Shown one piece after another: positions 11,904 through 24,167 of a stretch of 60,000 bases of DNA (positions within the stretch are counted from its first letter, which is position 1; each line of letters starts with the position of its first letter). Position numbers and translations under genes: made by a program. A model generated the notes under the pieces. It was not told the DNA's origin. It saw only the letters and a program-made list of their open reading frames with translations, and searched no databases. This DNA is from Malacoraja senta (taxonomy: Eukaryota), in the NCBI GenBank assembly GCA_038087875.1, contig CM075991.1:6946001-7006000 (forward strand). The letters are read 5' to 3'.

Positions 11904-13742
11904 CAAGGGTTCCCAACCTGGGGGAAATTTACCCCAAGGGGGTTAATTGCGCCTACCCAGGGGGTAAATTTGTTGATTCTGGATTTGTACATATTTTTTC
12001 TCATTGATTGACTGTGTTTGGTTCTGGTATACTGTTCATCATTAGTTGTTCATAAATAAGTGAAATAACATTGTTTAAAAAAAATAAAAAATAAAGTTTT
12101 TTTAAAATTAGAAGTATTGTACAGTAATCTCAAACAAACATAAAATTATACATTTCTTGTACCACTTCTTATTTTAAACTTTAATAAGAAAAAGGATAGA
12201 GAGAGTTAGCATAGTGAGTGAGTGAAAGAGTGGTCCAGGAACATCCATAGGGACCTAAACCACAAGAAAGAGTTGAACAAAAGAGAAAAACCAAAAGAAG
12301 GAAAAAGAAAAAAAAGTAAGATAAGATAAGACAAGATAAAAGGGATGTACCTACTCTCTATCTTTACTCACCCCTCACCAGGTCCTGGAACCATTTATTA
12401 TCAACATTTTGTTGCACCCTATATTTGTAATAAGTCGATAAATGGAGACCAAATCTTTTGGAAATGGTCTGGTTTACCTGCTAAGAGGAATCTCATATCT
12501 TCTAGGTGTAACAGTTCCGACATATTAGAAATCCACATTTTTGTCGTTGGCGTGGGAGCGTTTTTCCAAAATTTCAGTATAAGTTTTTTTGCCGTTATTA
12601 AGCCATAATTAAGAAAGCTCCTTTGAAACGAAGACAGCTCCAAACTGGCTTCGATTGTTCCAAAAATGATCAGTTCTGCATTCGGTTTCAATTTTATTTT
12701 AAATAATCTTGGGAAAATTTCAAAGATTTCATTCCAAAATTTTTGTATTTTTATACAAAAAACAAAAGAATGTGCTTCTTGGGTTAGACATTTATCACAG
12801 ATAGCAAAATTTACTTATTTTAGCTTTTGAATAGTATAATCTATGTAAGATTTTGAATTGAATTAGAATGTGTCTTACGTTAATCAAGCATTTATGCACA
12901 TATAACAAGTCTTTATCCCAACTCTCTTTCAAGATTTTTATAGCTAGTTCTTGTTCCTAATCTCTTCTAATCCTATCAGATGATGGTATTTCTATATTTA
13001 GGATGGGATTATACAGGTATGATATTAAATTAGTTGATTCCGCTTTTATATTCATTGTCTCGTCTAATAGATCTGGAGACATATTTTGATATTCTTGTGT
13101 ATATTTTTTCAAATAGTCACGTATTTGAAAATATTTAAAATATTGATTACTACTCAAATTGTATTTAAGTTGTAGTTGGTGAAATGTTTAAAAAAACTTC
13201 CATTATAATACATATCTCCAAACGTTTTAATTCGTAATCTATCCCAGTGTGTAAACGATTTATCTATCGTAGAAGGTTTAAACGAAGGATTATTCATTAT
13301 AGGTGAAAGAAGCGATAGATTTCTTAATTTTAAAGTTAATTTTATTTGTTTCCAGATTCTAATTGTACTATGGATAATTGGATTTTTACTATATATTGTA
13401 TTCTTCAATTTTGTTGGTGAGAGAAGGATCGCTCCTATATTAAAAGGGGAACAATCCTCTCTCTCCATTACTATCCAATCCATCTGCTGGGCCGAATTGT
13501 CCAACAGGTGAATCATATTTTTGACATTTGCGGCCCAGTAATAATACAAAAAATTAGGGAGTGATAATCCGCCAAATTCTTTAGGTTTGCACAAATGTCT
13601 CTTTGAATTCTATGGGATTTATAGTCCCATATAAAATTTGTAATATCAGCATCCAGTTTTTAAATTTGTTTTTGAAATAACATTGTTATGTGCTATTAAA
13701 GTTGCCGGGGGTAAACGGGACAAAAAAGGTTGGCAACCCCTG
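11904..13742. mobile_element. hAT (Charlie-like) MITE split by an L1 insertion
   Basis: TIR CAAGGGTTCCCAACCT / CAGGGGTTGCCAACCT; 8-bp TSD CCGTAAGA (11896-11903) / CTGTAAGA (13743-13750). Confidence 0.85.
12076..13672 (-). mobile_element. 5'-truncated L1-clade LINE (ORF2 C-terminus and 3' UTR)
   Basis: Peptides KEFGGLSLPNFLYYYWAA, AKKLILKFWK; 15-bp TSD TGAAATAACATTGTT (12061-12075 / 13673-13687). Confidence 0.9.
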
Positions 13743-14238
13743 CTGTAAGAGATAGAGTCTGATCTCTGCAACCTCTGCTCTGCTAGACTCCAAAACCATC
13801 CTCTTACATTTGTCTGGTTTTATTCAGTCACCTTTGCAGCCACGCGTTATCTGCTCATGAGCATGCACCTTCCCAACTTGAGCAAACCCCTCTACCTAGT
13901 TTTTCAAGATGCTCCTAAAATATTACTTCTGACCTAGTTTTGGTTTCCAGATCGAATATCTTATTATGTGAGCCGGGATTTCAATTTGTTACATAATCCT
14001 CCTATGAAATTCCTTGGTGTGGTTCACTACATTAAAGATGTTGGTCTAAATTCCAAGATATTCAATACTAGGTATACAGTGGATTATTAACAGTAATGTA
14101 GATGGATTATAGACATGAAATTTGTTACAATATAAATTTTGAGTGCATCACATCATTTATCGTGGATATATTATACACTGGGATAAGTGCAAGGAATTGA
14201 ATGAATAATTTATTCATATTTGGTCTTTTGTAGAGTTA

Positions 14239-14928
14239 AGGGCCTGTCCCACTTACATGGCAAACAAATTACACGACCTCGTGGTCGCGTTGAGCCGTGA
14301 CAGTCCCACGAAGGTCGCGCGCGATTTCATGCGTACGCACAGTCGTCTGGAGCGCGTGACGTCATTTGAAGATGGACGCAAAATGCCGGAGTAACTCAGC
14401 GGGACCGGCAGCATCTCTGGAGAGAAGCAATGGGTGACGTTTTGTGTCGAGACTCTTCTTCAGTCTGAAAGAAGGGTCTTGAACCGAAACGTCATCCATT
14501 ACTTCTCTCCAGAGATGCTGCCGGTCCCGCTGAGTTACTCTTGCATTTTGTGTCTATCTTCAATTTTCTTGGCCCCGCTCTGGGAGTATTAGTGGGGGCA
14601 GATCCGGACCACAACGGCCGTGAGCCCCAGGCTGAGTTCGACGATCGTTTGCCTGCTTCTGCTGCTGTTAGAGGTGAGACGTTGCGTCACGCCAGGGTCT
14701 TGGACCTGTCCCTCTTTGGCCGTCAGTTCCGCGACAGGCTGTTGGCGCGTGAAGATTTTGTTCGCTACAATAATTTCGGAGCCCCGCGCGATGTCGCGCA
14801 CAACTACATACCCCTCCGCAATTCTCAGTGGGACCGGCCCCGCTGGGCCATACGATGCCCGTGCGCCTCTATGCGTCCACGGGGTCGAGTAATTTGCGTG
14901 CTAAGGACACGTAAGTGGGACAGGCCCT
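14239..14928. mobile_element. PIF/Harbinger MITE carrying a Penelope-derived fold-back
   Basis: Perfect 18-bp TIR AGGGCCTGTCCCACTTAC (imperfect to ~60 bp); TTA TSD (14236-14238 / 14929-14931). Confidence 0.9.
14366..14563. repeat. ~200-bp palindrome of Penelope 3' UTR sequence with back-to-back hammerhead motifs
   Basis: Arms are reverse complements, centred on cttcagtctgaaag (~14464). Confidence 0.85.
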
Positions 14929-15744
14929 TTAGCAACTGCAGTTGTGTGATGGAATTTGCATGGGAATATGCAGGGATTCTAACAAATTAAACACATGGAT
15001 TTGGGTGTATTATAGATAGAGATTAAAGGGATTATTAAACACATAAGGGGTATTAATATAGAATCAGAGAAACATTGCATAGAAGGAGGTCATGTGGGCC
15101 TTTCTGTTCCTTGGACAACCAAAATGAACTGTTTGTTAGTCCCACTTCCCATCGCTTGATTCATAACCTTGTAGGTTTTACTTCCTCATGTACTCATTCT
15201 GGTGCTATTTAAATGACTCCGGTGCCTCTTCAGGCAGTTAGAAGTAACCCATACCCATTGATTCATATGGGTGTCATGGGTTATGGGGAGAAGGCAGGAG
15301 AATGGGGTTGAGAGGGAAAGAAAGATCAGACATGATTGACTGGCAGAGTAGACTTGATGGGCCGAATGGGCTAATTCTGCTCCGATAACTTATGAACTTA
15401 TGAACCCAGCCAAATCTTCACTACTCATTGAGTGAAAATATTTGTTTCTAAATTTTCCTGAAACCTTTCTACCAATTGACCTATATTTGTTCCCAATAGT
15501 TATGGTTCTCTCAGCTAAAGAAGATAGATCCTTCCTATCCACATTATTTTGACCTCCCATAATTTTATGCTCCTGATCTCAATTTCCCCTCAGTCTACTT
15601 TGTTCCAAAAGGAAAAAGAGAATCTTATTTGGTATCTATAATTCTCCAGAGCTGGTGACATTCTGGTATATCGACTCAGTATTTTTTCTAGTGCTATCAA
15701 ATCTTTCCCATACATGGTGACCAGGTGTACTTTATGTTAGTGGA

Positions 15745-16190
15745 TGAGTCTAAAATTGGTGGTATAGTGGACAGTAAAAAAAGTTATCTAAGATTATCAC
15801 GGGATCCTGATCAACTGGGCTAATGGGCTGAAGAATGGTCGTTGAGGTTTAATGCAGAAAAATGTGAAATGTTGCATTTTGGTACAATAAACCAGGGTGA
15901 ATGGTGCAGGTACATAGGGGAGTGGGTACGTAATTACACAGGGTGCAGATAAATAATTCCATGGAAGTGGTGGCACAAGTAGGAACGGTGGTGAAGAAAG
16001 TGTTTGGCATGCTTGCCTTCATCGATCAGTATACTGAGTACCGAAGTTGGGACATCAAGCTGCTGCTGTACAAGACGTTGGTAAGGCCCAATTTGGAGTG
16101 TGTCTACTGTTCTGCTTGTCCTTCTATAGGAATTATGCCGTTAAACTGGAAAGGGTGCAAAATAGATTTATGAGGATGTTACCGGATCTA
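15745..16190 (+). mobile_element. Degraded CR1 fragment
   Basis: Peptide VVKKVFGMLAFI...LYKTLVRPNLEC. Confidence 0.75.
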
Positions 16191-17511
16191 ACTGTGTAGT
16201 CGGACACGTTTCTGTGGGAGTGCATGGTAACAATCCCTTGCGATCAATAGTAGCCTTTCGGTCCACAGATCGAGAGGTCTTTCAGTCACATTTACCAATG
16301 CACTGAAGTCTTGATCTTTACAGAGGATTGCTGGCATCGATTTTTACCTCATAAAAATTTCATGGGAGGATTTTTGTGAATATAAATATGATATCCCAAG
16401 TGGAGAAAGTTTAAATCATGCATAGTTTGCTATTTTTTTAATGATATACTCCTAATTTTATCGTGAGTTATTATAGGTCATGACTTTTCGATCCAAATTC
16501 TGTTCTTAAATAATTAATTTGTGCCATGCACCATAATGACATCATCGTGTAAGAGAAATACTGAGACTGAATGAAGCCCACATTAGGAAAAGGATGTATT
16601 GTCATGAAGAACTTTGCCCATTTTCCTGATAGACAGGCCTAGTGTCCGAAATGATTCTGCCCAACCATTTTGATCATCAAATTTTGCTTCTTCATTATAA
16701 AAAAGCACATATAAATGGCACATTGTGTCTATTTTCTAGATAAATTAATGACTCTGAATGCCCCATACTTTAAAAAATGTTAATTATTCAAAAATTATTA
16801 AAAGGCAACCAAACTCTTAATTTTTCAAAATCATTTGTGTTAAAATATCTTTAAAAAATAAGGTCTGTTGAATATATTAGAAGTAAACTGAACTAATTGT
16901 TAATTATTGGTCTCTAACATTATTTTCTCCACTGATATCTAATATACTAATGGCACATGGTCAGTGATCTCATGTAAGTGCTGGGAATTTTTAGGACAGG
17001 ATTCAATCTGGTAATTCCAATTATTGCTATTAATATCGCAAAATCTGGCCAACCATCTTACCACCCCATTCCCAGATCTTTCTTAAACAAATCCCCCAAC
17101 TCATTCCCTCCACGATCTGGTTGCCTGGTTCGGCAACTTGAACGCCCAGGAATGAAGAAGATTGCAAAAAGAGGTGAATACTGCCCAGTCCATCACGGTT
17201 ACTGACCTCCCCGCCATCAAATAGATCTTCATGAGTTGCTGTCTCAAAAATTGCAGCCAGCATCATCAGAGACTGACATCACCCTGGCCACGCTCTCTCA
17301 TTTCACTCCTGGCATCGGGAAGAAGGTACAGGAGCATGAAAACTGTGATGCCCAGGTTCAGGAGCAGTTTCGTATCTACAACCATTGGGCTATTAAACAT
17401 GACAATCTCCAAATAGGCTCTGAGCTTTATAGACTTTGGGACATTATCTTTGCATTATTATTGTCTGTCTATTATTTTTGCACTATTATTATCTATTTAT
17501 TTGTCTGTTTG

Positions 17512-17567
<56 letters not shown>

Positions 17568-17772
17568 TAGACTAACTGGGACCCGTTGGGTCCCACGTTC
17601 ACACAGGAGGGCTGGTCCCCCAATGCAATATTCCACCTCTCCACCAATTCCAATATTAGTGGCCAGTGTGTGGGGGGGGGGGGGGCTCTCTGGAGCGCTA
17701 GTATGGGTGTTGTGGGCCAAAGGGACTGGTTTCCATAGGGCTAGTATGGACATTGTGGGCCAAATGGATTCT

Positions 17773-17911
17773 TGGGCTGGCAGCTCAGTCACTCCGGCAT
17801 GGTGGGCTGGCAGCTCAGTCACTCAGGCCTGGTGGGCTGGCAGCTCAGTCACTCAGGATTGTGGGCTGGCAGCTCAGTCACTCAGGCCTGGTGGCCTGCC
17901 AGCTCACTCAG
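17773..17911 (+). repeat. 30-bp minisatellite inside the Helitron
   Basis: GGTGGGCTGGCAGCTCAGTCACTCAGGCCT x4 plus a degenerate copy. Confidence 0.9.
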
Positions 17912-18334
17912 AAATTCTGCCCAAAGCAGGTGAGAGACTGTGAGAGAGAAGGGGGGAGAGGGTGGAGAATCAATTTCAGACATTTTTCATCTTTTTCTGC
18001 AGATCACAGCAATAAAGGAGGAATGTCTATCCTGGCCTGGATCTCACAGGGAGACAATGAAGGGAGGGAGAAAAATACGGGGGTGAGATTTAATACTTGC
18101 AGGGGGAATACTTACTGATGGGCCGAAGGGACTCCTCCTGGGCTAGTACAGGCCTGATGGGCCGAAGGGGCTCTTTAAAAAAAATCTGAGTGAAAGGCAC
18201 TTTTTCTGGACTTTTCCTAGCCTGGCATGAGCCTTTTGGGCCAAAATGCTCCTCCTGGTCTAATACGGGCATTTTGGGCAAAAGGGACTGGTTTCTCGGC
18301 TAATAGGGGCCTTGTGGGCTGAAATTCGTGGTTT

Positions 18335-18771
18335 CAGGCAGGCCATACAACTCATTTCATTTCATTTCCATTTCTATTTCAAGCACAGGGCAGGCCAAAC
18401 AACTCATTTCATTGTTATTTAATTTCCATTTCCATTTCCATTTCCATTTCCATTTCCATTACAGTTTCAAGCACAGGGCAGGCCAAACAGCTAATTGCAT
18501 TTTCATTTCATTTCCATTTCCATTGCAATTTCAAGCACAGGGCAGGCCAAACAGCTAATTGCATTTTCATTTCATTTCCATTTCCATTGCAGTTTCAAGC
18601 ACAGGGCAGGCCAAAGTTCATTGCATTTTCATTTCATTTCCATTTCCTTTGCAGTTTCAAGCACAGGGCAGGCCAAACAGCTCATTGCATTTTCATTTCA
18701 TTTTCATTTCATTTCCATTTCCTTTGCAGTTTCAAGCACAGGGCAGGCCAAACAGCTCATTACATTTTCAT
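18335..18771 (+). repeat. ~64-bp satellite inside the Helitron
   Basis: CAAGCACAGGGCAGGCCAAA at 18380, 18468, 18532, 18596, 18658, 18733, separated by (CATTTC)n tracts. Confidence 0.9.
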
Positions 18772-19405
18772 TAAGGGCTAATAAATCATTTATTGCAAGT
18801 GCATTGCAGACTCACAGTTCAGTTGATTCACAGCTTAGAATCACAGTTGTGGCCTCTCCCTCGCGATCTTCCAGAGTGACTGCCTCATGTCCATGCATCC
18901 GTGGTTTTACAGTCCTGCCCCCCCTCCCCGGAAGGGGCGTTACCTTCATCGTTGTGATTGACAGGCGAGAGAACCAATCAGCTGATCTCAAGATTTTTGA
19001 AACACTCATAACTTTTTTATTTTTAATCGATCGGAAACATCCTCGGGGCTGCCTCAGTGGAGGAGGACTGTGAGTAAGATGGCCAAAAATCATAGCGATA
19101 TAGGGTAGCATTTTTTTTCTAAAATCAATATGCAGCGCAGACAGGAAGTGGTCAAGATGAGGCATTTAGTTATATAGATATTATATATATATATACACTG
19201 AACTTTGTTTCTGTTGTTTATTATGGGTTTTGCAGTGTACTATGTTTACATATGTATTGTGCTGCTGCAAGTAAGAATTTAATTGTTCCGTTTCGGGACA
19301 TATGTCAATTAAACACTCTTGACTACACTAAGTAGAAAGCCTACTTAACTACACGGAGTTCCATTGGTCTCACACACCATTGTATATCTGAGCTTCCTCA
19401 TTGGG

Positions 19406-20790
19406 AATAGATACAAAATGCTGAAGTAACTCAGCAGGACAGGCAGCATCTCTGGAGAGAAGGAATGGGTGATGTTTCGGGTCGAGACTCTTCTTCAGGA
19501 CTCGACCCGAAACGTCACCCATTCCTTCCTCCAGAGATGTTGCCTGTCCCGTGGAGTTACTCCAGCATTTCGTGTCTATTTGCGGTGTAAACCAGCATAG
19601 AAACATAGAAAATAGGTGCAGGAGTAGGCCCTTCGGCCCTTCCAGCCTGCACCGCCATTCGATATGATCATGGCTGATCATTCAACTCAGTATCCCATCC
19701 CTGCCATCTCTCCATACCCCCTGATTCCTTTAGCCACAAGGGCCACATCTGACTCCCTCTTAAATATAGCCAATGAACTGGCCTCAACTACCTTCTGTGG
19801 CAGAGAATTCCACAGATTCACCACTCTCTGTGTAAAAAATGATTTTCTCATCTCGGTCCTAAAAGACTTCCCTCTTATCCTTAAACTGTGACCCCTAGTT
19901 CTGGACTTCCCCAACATCGGGAATAATCTTCCTGCATCTAGCCTGTCCAACCCCGTAAGAATTTTGTACGTTTCTATAAGATCCCCCCTCAATCTTCTAA
20001 ATTCTAGCGTGTACAAGCCGAGTCTATCCAGTCTTTCTTCATATGAATGTCCTGCCATCCCAGGAATCAGTCTGGTGAACCTTCTCTGTACTCCCTCTAT
20101 GGCAAGAATGTCTTTCCTCAGATTAGGAGACCAAAGCTGTACGCAGTACTCCAGGTGTGGTCTCACCTAGACCCTGTACAACTGCAGTAGAACCTCCCTG
20201 CTCGTATACTCAAATCCTTTTGCTATGAATGCTAACATACCATTTGCTTTCTTCACTGCCTGCTGCACCTGCATGCCTACTTTCAATGATTGGTGTACCA
20301 TGACACCCAGGTCTCGTTGCATCTCACCTTTTCCTAATCGGCCACCATTCAGATAATAGTCTACTTTCCTGTTTTTGCCACCAAAGTGGATAACCTCACA
20401 TTTATCCACATTATACTGCATCTGCCATGCATTTGCCCACTCACCCAACCTATCCGTCACCTTGCAGCCTCCTAGCATCCTCCTCACAGCTAACACTGCC
20501 CCCCAGCTTTGTGTCATCCGCAAACTTGGAGATGTTGCATTCAATTCCCTCATCCAGATCATTAATATATATTGTAAATAGCTGGGGTCCCAGCACTGAG
20601 CCTTGCGGTACCCCACTAGTCACTGCCTGCCATCCTGAAAAGGACCCGTTTACTCCTACTCTTTGCTTCCTGTCTGCCAGCCAGTTCTCTATCCACATCA
20701 ATACTGAACCCCCAATACTGTGTGCTTTAAGTTTGCATACTAATCTCTTATGTGGGAGATTATGTGGCATCTGCAGTTCCTTCCTACACA
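19406..20790 (+). mobile_element. Penelope-derived fold-back mini-element split by a CR1 insertion
   Basis: 12-bp TSD TTCCTCATTGGG (19394-19405 / 20791-20802); inverted arms around 19500; tail resumes gcatctgcagttccttcctacaca at 20767. Confidence 0.85.
19596..20757 (-). mobile_element. 5'-truncated CR1 (HER1-like) LINE, same subfamily as 1306-2517
   Basis: Near-identical RT peptides; 2-bp deletion near 20455 and TAG at 20167-20169. Confidence 0.95.
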
Positions 20791-21200
20791 TTCCTCATTG
20801 GGGTATTTATCTTCAGTGAACTAAGCCAAGTGTTCGCCACATTTGGTTTATGAGCCATAATTTGTGATTGAAGTATTTGATTTTCTTGTCTGTTGAAATG
20901 TTGAATTCAGGTTGTGAGAAATCATCTCTCTCTGCCTCAGTTCAGCCCTTTTCCGCACCATGTACCTGAGTCAAGAACAATAATATCAAATGTTTCACCT
21001 GCTTATATGTTTTACCCCAGAATCGTGAAGCCAGCTGCCTGCTCTGTTGCTGCACCTGCAAATGTTTCACTCAATATATTGCTAAAGCAGGTGGCCCATT
21101 TATGTCTCAGCGATTGAATCTAATTTTGGTTGCCAGAACCAAACCTATGCATGATTTGGCTGTATCATTTCCAGAGAAGTTTGCAATATTGACTTCCAAG

Positions 21201-21270
21201 CAGGTCCGGATTTAGATGAAGGGAGGCCCTAGGCTTCAGCCTATGAAGCCTAGTGGTAAATCCAGCTCTG
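21201..21270. mobile_element. 70-bp hAT-type MITE
   Basis: 8-bp TSD CTTCCAAG (21193-21200 / 21271-21278); TIR CAGGTCCGGATTTA / CAGAGCTGGATTTA. Confidence 0.85.
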
Positions 21271-21357
21271 CTTCCAAGCAATGTGTGCAAATCACACCAA
21301 TACCTAATACCCTTGCACATGATGCACAAATATCAATTAATGGTAACGTCACTGACC

Positions 21358-21642
21358 TTTAGACTTTAAACTTTAAGGATACAGCGCAGAAACAGGCTCT
21401 TCAGCCCACCGAGCCCGAGCCGACCAGCAATCACTCTGTACACTATCGCTATCCTACATACTAGGGACAATTTACCATTTTACCGAAACCAATTAACCTA
21501 CAAAACTGTAGGTCTTTGGAGTGTGACATGAAACCGGAGCACCTATAGAAAACTCACACGATCACAGTGAGAACGTACAAACTCCGTACAGAGAGCACCC
21601 GTAGTCAGGATCGAACCTGGGTCTCTGACGCTGTAAGGCAGC
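21358..21642 (-). mobile_element. HE1-like tRNA V-SINE
   Basis: B box GGTTCGATCC, V-domain and tail on the minus strand. Confidence 0.9.
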
Positions 21643-23219
21643 GCGCCTGCTTTCCGCCTCAAAGTCTAGATTGCTGTATTTCGATGCAGTGGAATTAGTT
21701 GTAGGGTGGGGTGGATGGTGGTGGAGGGGTTTGGGAGGGGCTGGTTGACAAATAATTAGGCTGGATTCCTGTTCTTGGTGGTGGTGGTGTGGAATTCCTG
21801 CTGGAATTCCTTGAGGGAATGAAGGGAACATTTGGTTGGGTTTTCTGCTGTCGCCAAGGCAGAAGAAGTTGCTATTCCAGATCCCAACCTGTTTTGTGGT
21901 GGGGTGAAATTACGACGGGGTGACTGATCTGTGGTCGCAGCCTCCTTTCAAATGACCGTGACGCAGTCAGAAACAAACACAGCGTAAAAACGAAGGGAAA
22001 AATGAGATTAATGACACACGCAGCACATGCAGTATTTTGAAAAAACAATTGTGGGATTTGAAGGCTGACATGCTGTTTGCCTACAGGACTTGGAAAAAAG
22101 CTCTTTAACAGTCATCTTTTGGCCTATGCAACCGGCCTAGATATCCTCCCTGAGTGAGATGTCATGCTAAAGGAACTAAAAAACGGTGTTGTATTCTGTC
22201 CTGAATTAATGAGTGATAATTAGGTTCTGCTGCCCTTATAAATCCGACAAGGAGGGAGATTTCATTGAGCTGGGCTGTGTGTGTGACTTCCCAGTGCTTC
22301 CAGACTGCATCCAGCTGCTTTAATAACTTCACTTTAATCCTCAGTAAACAAATGTTTGAGGGAGGTCACTTGTTAACGTCTCTGGGTAATATTGCTCGCT
22401 GAAACGACACCTGCGTTATATGGTTTTTGTTTAACACGGTTACTGAGGGGACATTGCTATTTATTTTGGCAGACAACACACAGCTGCTCTTATATGCAGG
22501 AAAATGAAGCCAACAACTACTGAAGAATTTATACATGGACCATTCACCGAGCCAAAAAAATGTGCGTGCGTTTTCTTTCCTGCATATCTCCCTGCACTGA
22601 CTCCCCATCCCCCATTTTTTGGCTGTAAAATTTCGAAAGCTGATATTCCTTCCCAGGCACTGTCACAAATAATTTGTTCTAGCTTCTCGATTTCAAGTTT
22701 CTCTCCATCCTGGGCAACAAACGGGAAGTGCACACCACATTAATTGTGTTTGCATTACATATGTAATATTTCAGTGTGTTCCAAGCAGCTGCTGGAGTTT
22801 AAAGTGGAAACAAGGCAGTGACACAGAAGGCAGCATTTGTGGCATGAATCTGCAACTTGTGTGTTTTTCTCCATTTAAGGTTGCAGATACTCGGTCTCCC
22901 AGTGTATTCAGGGTGAGGTTGGACATAACACTGGGTGCACTGGTGAATTTAAATGTTAGGATACCTCGAGGTATCATGCGGTGTGACTAATACATTTGGG
23001 ACTGCCGTTAGTTGAGACTCATTGTCTTTAATAAAGGGTGTTCTGTTTAAACCTCGATGTCAGATAATTTGCCGATGTCAGTAGCAACATAAATAAACCA
23101 ATCGGCACCATACAGTGAGACAAACAAGTGATATATGAACTATGGGGAGAGGTGAGCCTTGAGGTAAAAACTAGCCAGAGCAGGCTGGATGGGCCAAAGC
23201 CTAATCTTGCATCCATTAT

Positions 23220-23400
23220 TCTTTTCCCTTCCTCCCTCCCTCTCTCCCACCCTCCCTCTCTCCCTCCCTCTCTTCATCCTTCCTCCCTCCCTCTATTCCT
23301 CCTCTCTTTCTTTTCCTTTTCTCTTTCTCGCTTTCCTTTTCACTTCCCACTTCTGTTCTCTCTTTCAGCCCTTCTCTTTTTCTCCACGTCAGTTCTCACT
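23220..23400. repeat. Polypyrimidine low-complexity tract
   Basis: CT-rich run. Confidence 0.8.
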
Positions 23401-23719
23401 TACCACCATTCATACTTTCTTTCGCTCCTTTTTCATTGTTTGTCCCCTCTGGACTTTGCTGCCTTCCCCCACAGTGGGAACCATTGTGGGGGGGATGTTT
23501 TATGTTTATTGTTAAATTCTGCTAAATTCTTTAATGTTGTGTATTATCTTTATTCATGTGCTGCATTGGCAAGTCGAATTTCTCTACACCAATTAGTGTA
23601 TGTGACAATAAATGTCTCTAATCTAATCTTATCTTCATTCATTTCTTGCTTTGTCATTTTATGCTTCGTCAACATATTAGATTGCATCACTGCAAAACAA
23701 AAACCTGTTTAAATTATGC

Positions 23720-24060
23720 TCTTTGCATCCCTTTCATAATCTTACAAAATGCTTTGCAGCCAATAATATCCTTCTGAAGTCTTGTCGCTGTGACAATGGG
23801 AGAAGCATTTCCCCGTTGCACACAAACTCCCAGCCAAAATAATGTGATAATAATAAAATAATTTGTTATTGTGACGCCATTTGAGGCCTCTGGGGGATAA
23901 ATATTGCCCAGACAACTGGAGAAAACTTCACATTTTCCATTTCAGTTTCTTTTTTGTTCATCTGGGAGAACAGATTGGGTACGGGGTTGCTGAATCATTT
24001 GTAAGATGGCACGGCCAGCTTTGAATTACACTCTTGGAAACGCACTGGCACATGAGCCAA
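23720..24060 (-). mobile_element. Old Deu-domain SINE (SacSINE1-like)
   Basis: Minus strand: gttgtctgggcaatatttatccc...attattatcacattat...attggctgcaaagcatttt. Confidence 0.6.
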
Positions 24061-24167
24061 GATTTTTGTCCTCAAGTCTCTTGAATGGGCATGACAGTTT
24101 AAAAAGTGATCTTGGCAGTCTGAACATTGTATTGCAAAGAAGTACAATATCTTGGATTTGATCTACA

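Larger units (their letters stand above)
17567..19178 (-). mobile_element. Non-autonomous Helitron
   Basis: Minus strand begins TCTATATAACTAAA and ends with hairpin TGGGACCC-AAC-GGGTCCCA then GTTAGT-CTAG; inserted between A and T; no TSD. Confidence 0.9.
17110..19325 (+). mobile_element. Rex1/Babar LINE 3' end, split by a Helitron in its (TA)n tract
   Basis: Peptide SLLASGRRYRSMKT...RFRSSF; UTR resumes at 19179 (gctgctgcaagtaagaattt...aaacactcttgact), matching the copy at 46455-47092. Confidence 0.8.

Noticed and set aside
16192..16975. Possible DNA-transposon remnant (shares agtgtccgaaat with ~52039)
   Set aside because: I could not establish TIRs or a TSD
18335..18771. CRISPR-like repeat/spacer array
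   Set aside because: The spacers are homologous low-complexity CATTTC tracts, the context is eukaryotic and there are no cas genes; it is a satellite
17236..19073. ORFs of 190-235 aa
   Set aside because: Chance ORFs across (TA)n and Helitron tandem repeats
21562..21831. His/Pro-rich minus-strand ORF as a possible exon
   Set aside because: No recognisable homology, it runs into a SINE, and its composition follows a GGT-rich tract
23128..23712. 194-aa hydrophobic ORF
   Set aside because: Product of a polypyrimidine tract plus a repeat tail
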